The position numbers and the translations under genes are program-made. From Oikopleura dioica (taxonomy: Eukaryota > Animalia > Chordata): a DNA stretch of 64,000 nt. Numbering within the stretch: position 1 is the first letter of the stretch; each line of letters begins with the position of its first letter. The DNA lies in contig OU015569.1 in the NCBI GenBank assembly GCA_907165135.1, positions 2,604,001 through 2,668,000 on the forward strand, read 5' to 3'. Positions 40,371-50,237 of the stretch are shown one piece after another. Under the pieces are notes generated by a model. That model searched no databases and was not told where the DNA came from. It saw only the letters and a list, made by a program, of their open reading frames with translations.

Positions 40371-40905
40371 AATTGCTCTCGCGCTTTTATGGGGTGGAAG
40401 TGGGGCGATATGTGTTTGTTTTGCAGCCTGGGAAGAGCAAGAATAATGTCAAACTAACAGGGTCGGAATAACGGGGTCAGAATAACAGGCTTTGATAAAA
40501 TTGTCAGTAACTTTTGGTAAACGAAAATTGATTACTTTTAGAAACTAAAATAAGTGAAACATTCAGGGTTTTCTGTTTTTAGGAAAACAAAATCAGACTT
40601 ATGTCTTCTTGATTAATCATTTATAAATAGGTATCTCTATTTCAATTTGATCTTCTGCTAAATCTTCCGTGTTCTTTTGAATTCTCTGAGGTGAGTAGTG
40701 ATCGCGCTGATTGGTCAAATCGGAGGAAAACCGCGGCTCTGACCCAACTCTATTAGAAATTCAATTTTCTCGCTTTTCCCTTTCCGTCTGAATTTCTCAC
40801 GGGAAACACCCATCTTTTGTCATTTTTCGGGGATGATTTTCGGAATAAAGTTCCATTGAAGTTTTTCAAAATTGCTTTATAAAGTGACTAGGACCATCAC
40901 CCTCC

Positions 40906-41024
40906 GCTTAGCGTCATACCGCGTAGAATAAACCAGTTCTCGTCCGATCACTGAAGTCAAACTACGACGGGCGGGGTTAGTACTTACATGGGTGACCGGT
41001 TGGGAATACCTCGTGCGCTAAGCA
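40906..41024 (+). rRNA. 5S rRNA: 5S rRNA gene
   Basis: 119 nt with pairing ends (GCTTAGCG / CGCTAAGC), conserved CATACC, GTCCGATC, box A (GAAGTCAA), box C (TGGGTGACC), GGGAATAC and a T-run Pol III terminator. Confidence 0.97.
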
Positions 41025-41272
41025 TTTTTCCCACGTTTTCTATGGAAAACTAAACCCTTTTTATCAAAACATTATTTTTTTCATTTGAAGACTGGGTATT
41101 GAAACTGGGTATTTCATTTCATTTGAATTTATTTCCGGGTCTACAAATCTACTTCGATCATAAGATACAAGCTATCGAATGTCTCTAGAATTGTCTCTAG
41201 AATGTGTTTAGTGTCAGAGTTTAGGGGCGCGCAGCAACAAAACAACCTCGAAAACGGGGACCTCTCTTGGGC

Positions 41273-41365
41273 ACTCATCCCATTTTTGAGTCCGATTTCG
41301 ATTGTCTAACAGGTAAAATTCGTTCCCAAGCCTACCTTCTCCTTCCCTCTTGCCTCCTACAAATG
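41273..41365 (+). ncRNA. SL RNA: Spliced-leader (SL) RNA gene; 40-nt leader exon at 41273-41312, 3' end approximate
   Basis: ACTCATCCCATTTTTGAGTCCGATTTCGATTGTCTAACAG matches the O. dioica SL as I recall it from the literature. It is followed by a GTAAAA donor and lies head-to-tail 248 nt downstream of 5S, the arrangement known in this species. Confidence 0.92.
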
Positions 41366-44300
41366 ACAACATTCTTCAGGTAGTGTCAACTTGACATTGA
41401 TACAATTTTCTGAACTGGCGGTGCTGACATTTTCTAAAAATAGGAGTGGCAATGATTTCAATGTGTCTTATGGCCTGGCTGGTCAGTAATCAGCTGCATT
41501 TAATGAGGCTTAAATTGAGTGCTAGTGTGTGGGGTAGTGATTGGGATGATGGAGACCCCGCTGCTAAGTTTGGGCGGGCTCCATCAATCGAGTGCGTTGA
41601 CGAGCGCATTCACAAGTGCAAGAGCCACCAGCTTTATTTTATCTTCTGTTTTAGCAAGTTACACTTCAAAAATCTACCAGTTTCAAAGAGAGAAAAAAGT
41701 GGCATGTTTCTTTTACGCCGGCCTTCCCGGCCACAGAATGGAGCAGGGAAAGCTGTTCTGCCGGAATCAAATGTAAAGGTTCGAATACTGACGTCAAAGT
41801 TTGAGTTGTGAGCCCTTATTAAGGTGATCAGACTCGAAGGAGGACGACCTTGGGGATTTAAAATTGCAGGTGGCGCGGAAGTCAACAAACCAATTCTCAT
41901 TACAAAGGTTTGCCAGTGCTAGTAGACCAAGTATTCAGCAGATAGTTGAATTTTTGCTTTATCAGTTGAATTTTTATTGATAGTTTATTAGATTGACCCG
42001 GCTGGGCAAGCAGCGAATTTCGCAATTTCTGAAGGCGACATGATCACCAGGTAAGAGCTACTACTTGTAAGTCGGCGTGCCCAAAGGCTGCACAAACAGT
42101 ACAGTAGTCCCGACTGTGCAGACAATCACAAAGATCCATAAAAAGCAGCGGTCGATTATCATTGCGACGAATTTCCAGTCGTTTTCGGCCTGGAGTGCTG
42201 CTTCTTGCTCGCGCAGATGTTCTGAAATTCGCGAAACAGATTTCATGGCTTTTTGGGATCAATAACGATTTTGACAAAGAGAGAAAGTAACTGCGGGGGA
42301 TAAACATTTTAGAGCTCGTTTGATTGAGAGATTGATGAACCTTAGGCTTGAACAATGTGCGGAGCAAGGTCAGGATGGTGTTGAAGTGTCGAGAGAGATG
42401 GGCGATCGCGGGCTTATCAAAAACATGTTATTTTAGAGTAGCGCTACTTTTCCGTCCTACTTTCTTGTGATTTGGGACGCGTCATAAGCAACAAGCGAGG
42501 GATGAACTGTAGGAATATGAGATTGATCCACGAAGGAAGTCTGAATGTAACTCAATTTACTCGTTAGTACTGATGATTCTACCTGTGCATGGCTGGATTT
42601 CGATAGTGGATATTGAGGACAAATACGGAAATCATGACGGAAAGAGTGACGAAAATCATCGTGAAAAGTAAATACTCTCCTATCAGCGGCACGACGAGCG
42701 AGGTCGAGGGGATGATTTCAGTGATGACCAGTAGAAACACTGAAGCAGATTAGTAGAGCAGAACTACTTTTAGTTAAAGTACCTGTAAGAGTAAGAAGAA
42801 CAGAAATGCAGAGTGTGATTTTTTCACCCGAGTCGGAGGGTAAGTAGAATACGAGAACTGTTAGGAAGGAAATGAGGAGACAGGGAATGATGAGGTTGAT
42901 GGTGTAGAAGAGCGGCAAGCGACGAATGTGGAAAGAGTACACGATGTCGATGAATATGTTCTCGCAGCAGTTGTACTTGCGCTCGTGGCGGAAACCGTAG
43001 GAATCGAGAATCTCCCACTCGCCGCTCTCCCAGTAGCTCGCCTGGTTCGACTGATTACCGATCATGATCAGATCGATGCGGCTCTGGTCATTCGTCCATG
43101 AGCCAAATTTCATCGTGCAGTTCTGTTCTTGGATCGTTGTTGTTTTCAATTAGAAAATAACCATGGAGTTAGATCCATTCCTGAGCGTCGAACGGGAAGT
43201 AAGTGACATCGATGGAACAGGAGGACTTGAAGATCGCTGGCGGCATCCAAGTCACTGTTCCATCGCTTTTGATGACTGCTTTAGTTTTCTGCTGCGCTTG
43301 AAAGTCACCAACTGCCGTGTTGTAAAGGACAATGTCCGGGCGCCAGATCTTCTCGGCGGGAATGCGCATTTGCGAAAGATTCCGAAACTCTCGCGGATCC
43401 CACTGCAGAAAACTATCCCTCCACGTCTGTTTCAGCCATAGTTTCGTTTCCATCATCTTAGCAGAGGAATTTTAAGATTCTCGATTCTGCATTTTCGGAG
43501 AATAAGCTCACCTGGCTGACCTCGTTGATCTGGATTAACTGCGCGATAAATAATTCAAATGTGATTGGAATAGACGCTGACGAGTTTCGGACGGGTCTTT
43601 TTTGGATTAGAATATCATCGTGAGGTTAAAATCGACCAAGAAGAACAAACGAAATTGAATAGTTTCAATCTGATAAATTTTTGCTCGAAAAAAATTAAAC
43701 ATTTTGAATTGATAATTGAGTCCATTCCTGATCCATTTATTGTAATTTCTAAAAAGCTTGTCGTAAAGATCTTTTTCGCTGTTTCCAATTTTAATCGCTG
43801 TAATATTTGATGATTCCAGAGCTGCGGTGATGCTGCTGATCATAAATAGACATAGTGTTCTGTACATTTTGTCTAAGCAGCTTAGCAAGTTAGTGTTTTA
43901 TTCTCTTTCTCTTCTGCAGAAATAGCTCTCTGGGCAATATGCGATAATAATTAATTATAATTTCCCTTTCTTCAATAATCAATAAGCAATTTAGTGAACC
44001 TTGCAAGGGTAATCACACAGAAAAGGTGCGTCGATGCTTGCTTTTTTTCCGAAAAAAGGGATGAGAGTAACAGTCCGAGGATCACTGAGTAGTAAATAAT
44101 TGAAAAGTACGCCCATTACGATATAGGCATTGTGCCGCCGCCCATTAGCAGATATGTCTATATTATCAAATATCGAGAGACGGCCTTAAGGGATCCCCCC
44201 CCCCGTTTTCGCCATTTTCAACGGCGAACTACTTTTTTTTGGGCTTACAATTTTACGCGTGCAATAGCGCAAATGAAAGCTCGTTCATAGCGGCTAATTC

Positions 44301-45072
44301 TCTAGTACAGAGATAGAAATCCATAGACGCAAACCTACCACACGGGGGCGCTGAAGCTAGTGTATTTTGAAAAAACGCTGTTTTTGGCCATTTTCATCGG
44401 CAAACTACTTTTTTTAGGGCTTAGCTAGTATAAATTTGGGACTACATTTAGAAAGAGTAGAGTTTAATCTAAAAACTCTAGTACAGAGAAGTCATTTCAT
44501 CAAGTAATAAAAATTTTTTCTTAAGAACAACCAAATGTACCCATTTTTGGCGTTTTTTGGTGTTTTTTTGCTCTCTAGCGCCAACATAAGGCCGATATTT
44601 CTAGTGCGGTTATTATATTCTTATTCGGTCAGTTCTAAGCTTTCGATAGACCCCTTATATGTCTTATTTCGATGATATTGAAAAACCGAAAAAAATTCCG
44701 ATTTTCACGCTAAGTACAATTTACATGCATTTTTGAAATTTTTGAAGGCTAAAATTTTGGGGAAAGATGTTCATAAGGGGGTCATATGATACACCAAAAT
44801 GATCCTCAGAACACGAGTAATCTAAAAATATCAAAGATAGACCCTTATCAAGTACTTGAAAAAACAGGGGGGATCCCTTAATTGGGCCTCGATTGGGAGA
44901 TGATCCTCTTTTATTCATTATAATCTTCGAATTCAGCGTGAACGGCGTCTCCCTGAAATACTTCGTCACCCGGAAAGAAGCCGTCCACCACATCAAAAAA
45001 GCGGGATCCAAGATCATCATGGAGATCCAAAGCAATCCGCAGTCGAACTGGGCCGGCAAGTCCGATTGGTAA
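41363..45072 (+). CDS. Small single-PDZ-domain protein (PDZ-LIM-like PDZ, no LIM seen), about 7 exons, with a 2.9-kb last intron
   Basis: [28 protein letters not shown]|[20 protein letters not shown]|[31 protein letters not shown]. The 42051-44930 GT-AG intron splits the Ser codon in phase. Upstream exons are hand-predicted and less certain. Confidence 0.85.
42061..43867 (-). CDS. Nicotinic acetylcholine receptor alpha subunit (neuronal type), nested in the PDZ gene intron
   Basis: Signal peptide, WRPDIVLYN, Cys-loop [24 protein letters not shown] vicinal cysteines, M1-M3 ([31 protein letters not shown]) and M4 ([10 protein letters not shown]). Confidence 0.96.
44190..44877. mobile_element. 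688-bp TTAA-targeting MITE (Kolobok/piggyBac-like)
   Basis: TTAA on both sides (44186-44189 and 44878-44881), 11-bp TIR GGGATCCCCCC, and internal direct repeats (gccattttca..cgg..aactacttttttt..ggctta twice; ctctagtacagaga twice). Confidence 0.85.
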
Positions 45073-45260
45073 ACACTCTTCTTTCGTTAATAAATCCACC
45101 TTTCTATGATGTCATGACTGCTTTATTTATGATGCGCAAGATTCCACATTGTTCTGGTTGGTACCAGCTAGCCTGCGCTAAGGCCAGCTTGGCAGGTTTA
45201 CAAACATTGACCGCGAAGGTATCGAGAATTTGATGCGCTGGCGCTAGGTTAAAGTTAAAC

Positions 45261-45268
45261 TATATAAA
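45261..45268 (+). promoter_or_regulatory. TATA box of the downstream oikosin-like gene
   Basis: TATATAAA about 50 nt upstream of the ATG at 45320. Confidence 0.5.
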
Positions 45269-45319
45269 ATCGCTTTCACGGCCAGCAAGGAAACCCTTTA
45301 GACCATCTTCTGATAAAGA

Positions 45320-46984
45320 ATGAAGGTAAGAGAGTAACTTATCAAAGAGATCGAAGTGAAAGAATCAGAAGAATGGGAAAATTGATTTCAGGTCCTGGGC
45401 TTGGTTCTAAGTACTTGCACAGTTCTGGCGGAAAAGAGAGACGATGAGTCACTTTCTTCTGTGTTCGGCAAGGCAAGAATGGACTTTGCCGAAATGATAG
45501 CCAGGTAACAATCATTTTCGGACTGCATTTCTTTATAGTTGATAGTTGATCTGTTTGTTCTAAGAATGCAAAGTGAGCGGCGAGGAGCGCGACCGCAGCT
45601 GGTTGAAAGGCTTAATCTGCCAGTTCAACCAGCGGGCTTACCGCAAGCAAGAGTCTTTCAAGAAATCAACCAGCCAGCTCTTGACGCTGAAGCTAGCGAA
45701 GATGACATTGTTGTCTACGACAATTACGGATACGGCGACGGTAAATCACTCGATTTGCTCGGGTTAAACTGAAATCATAGATGAGGAGTACGAGTACTAC
45801 GACGAGTACTACTTGGATGCCTTTGGCCGCTCTAGGCGGAAGAAGAAAAAGAAGAAGAAAACGAAATATTCTTCCGCCCCAGTTTACGTACCTTACAATT
45901 ATCCAACGCGGCAGCAGGGGGACTCGAACACCATGTGTTGGCGGTGTCACGTGGCGGTGTCGACATACGACTACAGTAATACAGATCTATATAAGGTTCA
46001 TTTTCACTTGATTTTGTCATTTTCGCTACTTTTTCCAGTTGTGTCTGGATCAGGGCGAGCTTGAATACTGTGGAATGGGGCAGAACTATTGCCAGATTGA
46101 AGAAAGACAACGAGCAGGGCACATTTACCAGCTCAAATCCGGTTGCAAGCAGCCCCAAGCGTGCATGATTAACTGGGCGACAAACTTCCGCAACGAGAGC
46201 TACCCAGAATGCGATCCGGGGTCAATGCACTATTCCGTCTGCCGCCAGTGCTGCGGTGGCGACAACGCTGACTGCAATTTCCATCGTTTCAACGACCCTG
46301 ATCAGCGATTCACAGTATGTTTATATTCTCACGTTCATTTTGCCAAACTTACAAGCTCTGTTTTGATTAAACTCATTTAAATATTTAGACGGTGGCTGAG
46401 TGGGACGACGAAAGCGAGCATGGCTTTCTATCGCCTCAAATGATTGGCGATCCCGGCTTTGACCCGGCTACTTTCAACAAGTCTCTCACGTGGGAAAATT
46501 ACAACAGCGGCAGTTACAACTCAAACAGTTACAGAAGCTCAGAAGGGAGCCAGATGCAAATGGACTCTTATGGTGCAAGTTACTATCAAGAAGAGCCAGA
46601 AGAAACAACGACGACGACAACTACCACAACGACAACAACAACAACCACGACAGAGGAGTTAACGACGAGGTATGAATATGAAGATTCCGTCACAACAACT
46701 ACAGAGTTTCCCACAACGACCACTTTTTACTACACAGGTAAATCGATTGATTTCATCCGACTCTCATCCATATTTTCGTAGAAATAGATCCCGAAAATGC
46801 GTCGGAAAACGCGTTGACATCGCTGCGTAAGATCGTTGAGACTCTTTCTTCGGAACCTGGCGGTGAGATTTTGAAGTCGATGCGTCCTGCCGAGCTGCGC
46901 ACTTTGCTGCGGATGCTCAACTCCCAGAACTCGGAAATCAACGAAGAGTACGACTATTTCGAGGAATACATGGACGAGTACTAA
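45320..46984 (+). CDS. Secreted Cys-domain (oikosin-1-type / Ly6-uPAR-like) protein with acidic Tyr-rich, polybasic and Thr-rich regions
   Basis: Signal peptide MK|VLGLVLSTCTVLA, DEEYEYYDEYY, RSRRKKKKKKK, CWRC...C...C...C...GC...AC...C...VCRQCC..ADCN and a poly-Thr stalk. Exons join in frame. Confidence 0.8.
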
Positions 46985-47499
46985 GCGTGAAAAATAACAT
47001 GCTAAAGATGATGAAAAGAAAACAGCTTTTCAGATGGACACTGTAAATTACTTTTTTTTTACCAAAACTGCCTCAAAAAGAATAAACAAGAATCAATAGT
47101 TCGTGCTACCTTTTTTTTGTCTGTCTGTTTTTTGAAGAAGCAAATATATTTTTCGCGGTCAATTATGGTTAATTAAATAAACTTGGTCTGGTGGTTATGA
47201 TAGAAGACAATTCACGGCGCTGGCTTTAATATTAATGGTATCAAATGTTCGATTTCACCTGTTGAGCATTTTCCCGGCAAATTAAATCGAAATCGAAGAA
47301 AGTGAACCTGGAGAGAACAAACTGTAGCCACAGAGTGAGTTGGCGGATTGGGAACAGCAGGCATTTTGCTGCCCCAGCATCCATAAAGCATAAGAATCCT
47401 TTTGAGCGCAAATGTATCAATTATTTTAAATATTAAATGCGAAAATATTGTCAGCGCTTGGTCCTTCCACTTTCCTCCAAAAAGCAAATTTAGCCGGAC

Positions 47500-47970
47500 A
47501 AAGACACTTTTTAAGATACAAACTCAGATACGAACTTGATTGATAAGCATGGACAGATCGACAAGATCCGAGAGGCAATGGAAAAATATCACGCTCCAGT
47601 AGTTTATTTAAATTTTTTCAGGCGATCTGAATCAGGCATATTAATAATCGGCCATTATTTTATTATTCTTAAGCGATAAAATAAGCTAGGAATATCGTAA
47701 AATGACGGGAGAATAAGCAATTTATCATGACTAGTACTGGTAAGATATTTAACCCTAAAGAAGGCAGACTCATCAGCAACTCGCGTGGCAAAAGGCAAAG
47801 AAAGATGCGGGTAAGTCTAGGCGATATTTTGAGGAGTAGATTAAGTTTTCAGGCCCTGGAAAGAGAATACGCAGAGGCGACACAATGAAGCGAAGATTGA
47901 GCGAAAACTCGAACAAGAACATGTCTTATATTCAGAGATTATTCACCTGCTGCTCTGGCTCGGAATAAAA
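47500..47970 (+). CDS. Possible small multi-exon gene of unknown function
   Basis: Short coding-like blocks (NLIDKHGQIDKIREAMEKYHAP; GPGKRIRRGDTMKRRLSENSNKNMSYIQRLFTCCSGSE*) separated by GT-AG-like introns. The model is incomplete. Confidence 0.3.
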
Positions 47971-48034
47971 TTGTCAAAGATCTTTACATGTAATTTTATT
48001 GTGGCTTTTTTACAGTTTCAGGGTCAGTTGCATC

Positions 48035-49824
48035 TCAGAACTCGAGCTGGTCGTATGATCCGGCCACTTTTTCTCGCTTTAGCTTACTTTCAAAGCTCTG
48101 AAGAGATCTTACTTTGACTCAAATAGTTTTGCTTATCCAAGGAGCTTCCTTTCCTGTAAGTTTGAGTGACATCCGGTAAGTCGCTCATTTTTTTCGGGGA
48201 AGACGATCGCACCTCTCTCGCTTTTTTCTTACGAGCGGGTTTTGGAGGAGGAAGCACTTTCTTTTCTGTAAAACAGTCAAAATTAATCTATTTGCAAGAG
48301 TGTCACGGTCATCACCAGTATCATCTTCTGCCTGGGAAAGCACACGTTCCAGGTCGTCGAGGGAGTCGTAGATTCGATCGTCGTTGTTGGCCAAGACGCG
48401 GCTCATTAGTAGATCCCCGTGGCTTTCGCTTTTGAAAATCGGTTTCGGTTCCGGCAGTGAGTCCGTTGGCAAACGCCGTTCCAGCGACTGTGATGCCATT
48501 TTGCGCCCGTCTTGTGATTCTTTCAGATTGTCGATCACTCTAAAATAATTAAATTGAAATTATTCCTCCAGAGATTTTTTTGTTCAACCTCAGTGTCAAC
48601 CTCTCGTAGTTCTTGACCATTTCTTTCTGCTGAGCCCTGCAGCGCACGGCAGCCACAATGACAAGTACTGTCAATAGCAAAAAGCAGCCTCCAATAATAC
48701 CGATCAGTAGATTATTGTCCAGCAGGGCTGCTGTCGATATAGAATAGCTTTCTGTCGATTCTGTCGGAGGGCTGAGAGTTTTAGGACAGCCGAGAAATGC
48801 AACTCGAAGCTGCATTAGATTAGTTTTTTCTTCTTGCGATTCGTAATCCGCGATTCTGTAACAATCTGAAAGAAACGAAGTTTATAATTTATAACTGTTG
48901 AAACAAGGAAAAAAAACTGCTTTGTTTTCTGTCAAAAGTTATTTTCCAATGGCACATTACCTGTTGGAGCAAGCTCTATCCTCTTTGCGACAAGATCCAA
49001 ATCAACAAAAGCAATTTTGTTCCTCAGTTTGGTGAGTCTATTCTCGAACTGATCGTGGTGAAACATCGGCACTTCCGCATGCTCCAATTTACCCCCTTCG
49101 GCTATCCATTTCAACTGCAGAGTTCTACAGTAGACTATTTGCTCATCCTGCATCGCCGTGGTAAATCGGAGACCGTTCAAATAATGATCTTGCGTGAGTC
49201 CGACTTTGAGCGTGAAGTTCTGTTCTCGCACCAAAAATGAAAATATGCCGGTTTTTGAATTATCGAGTTCGTCCGCATCACTTTTTGCGCTAATGCTATC
49301 CACTAGCTCTTGTTGCTTCGCAGGATCGTGCGGTGCTGAGTCTACTGCTTTCACGCCCGCTGCAATGTTCGAAAAGCACCTGGCACCGTCCCTAGAAATG
49401 GCGAAAGTGCGCTGATTGGCAGTGACCGAGGACATGATCCCATTCCGGAAGACGCGTGAAATTTTCTTTGTCTTTTTTGTTGTCGCTTCGATTGAAAACG
49501 ACTCACCAAAGGGCACTCCAAAATGTTCAGCAGCCTTGCATATCGAACTGATAAGAGCGTACTCGAGGGGGGCTGCATCTTCCGATTCTTTTTCTAGCGC
49601 AAGGTGAGCATAAACATTGCCAGTTTCGCATTTCTCCGGACAACTTCCCTCATGGCGAGCTTTTTCGAGTTTTTTTTTTTGAACTTTAATTTAAAGGGAT
49701 CGAAAAATTTTGATAAACCAAATGAACCCTTTCCTGTTAGATTTTCCGCCGTCTCATCACAATCAAATGCCCCTACTGTCTTCAATAAGAACGCAACGGT
49801 GATCCTCCAAAGCGGCAAAACCAT
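48035..49824 (-). CDS. Type I single-pass membrane protein of unknown family
   Basis: Signal-peptide-like MVLPLWRITVAFLLKTVGA, a ~250-aa ectodomain, TM LLIGIIGGCFLLLTVLVIVAAV and a cytoplasmic tail with YERL, YDSL and (predicted) YDQL. Confidence 0.65.
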
Positions 49825-49838
49825 CTTCAATTATTTTT

Positions 49839-50081
49839 CTAGCTTCTTTTTTTCACTGCGAAAATGCTCTCTTCAAGGGCCATTTTGGGCTCCTCCTCGC
49901 CCTTGGAAAGCTCTAATTTTCTTCTTTGATTAGCTGTTGCCTTTTTTGCTTGTTTATGGGTGTTTTTATGGGTGAGGTTTAAAGTGTGTTTTGTTTTAGA
50001 AGAGAAAGCGGAGAAGAAAGAGGATTTTACGAGTAGTGGCCGGGCGGACCCCCAGGCGCGCCACAAGCTAATCCCACTCAT
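49839..50081 (-). CDS. 80-aa single-exon ORF with a mitochondrial-presequence-like N-terminus
   Basis: MSGISLWRAWGSARPLLVKSSFFSAFSSK is Arg/Ser-rich and lacks acidic residues. An AG acceptor-like site lies just upstream. Confidence 0.4.
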   Translation of the reverse strand: MSGISLWRAWGSARPLLVKSSFFSAFSSKTKHTLNLTHKNTHKQAKKATANQRRKLELSKGEEEPKMALEESIFAVKKRS

Positions 50082-50237
50082 TTATAATTCAGCCATCATA
50101 ATACAATGAAAGTCGAATTATATACCCATCCAAATTTCGTCACTTACATGTTCAATCAGGCCTTCTGGCATACCATCGATCATTTTACATTTTAAAAATA
50201 TTAATCCCCCGCGCTTATTGTTTTTAATCTAGTGAGC

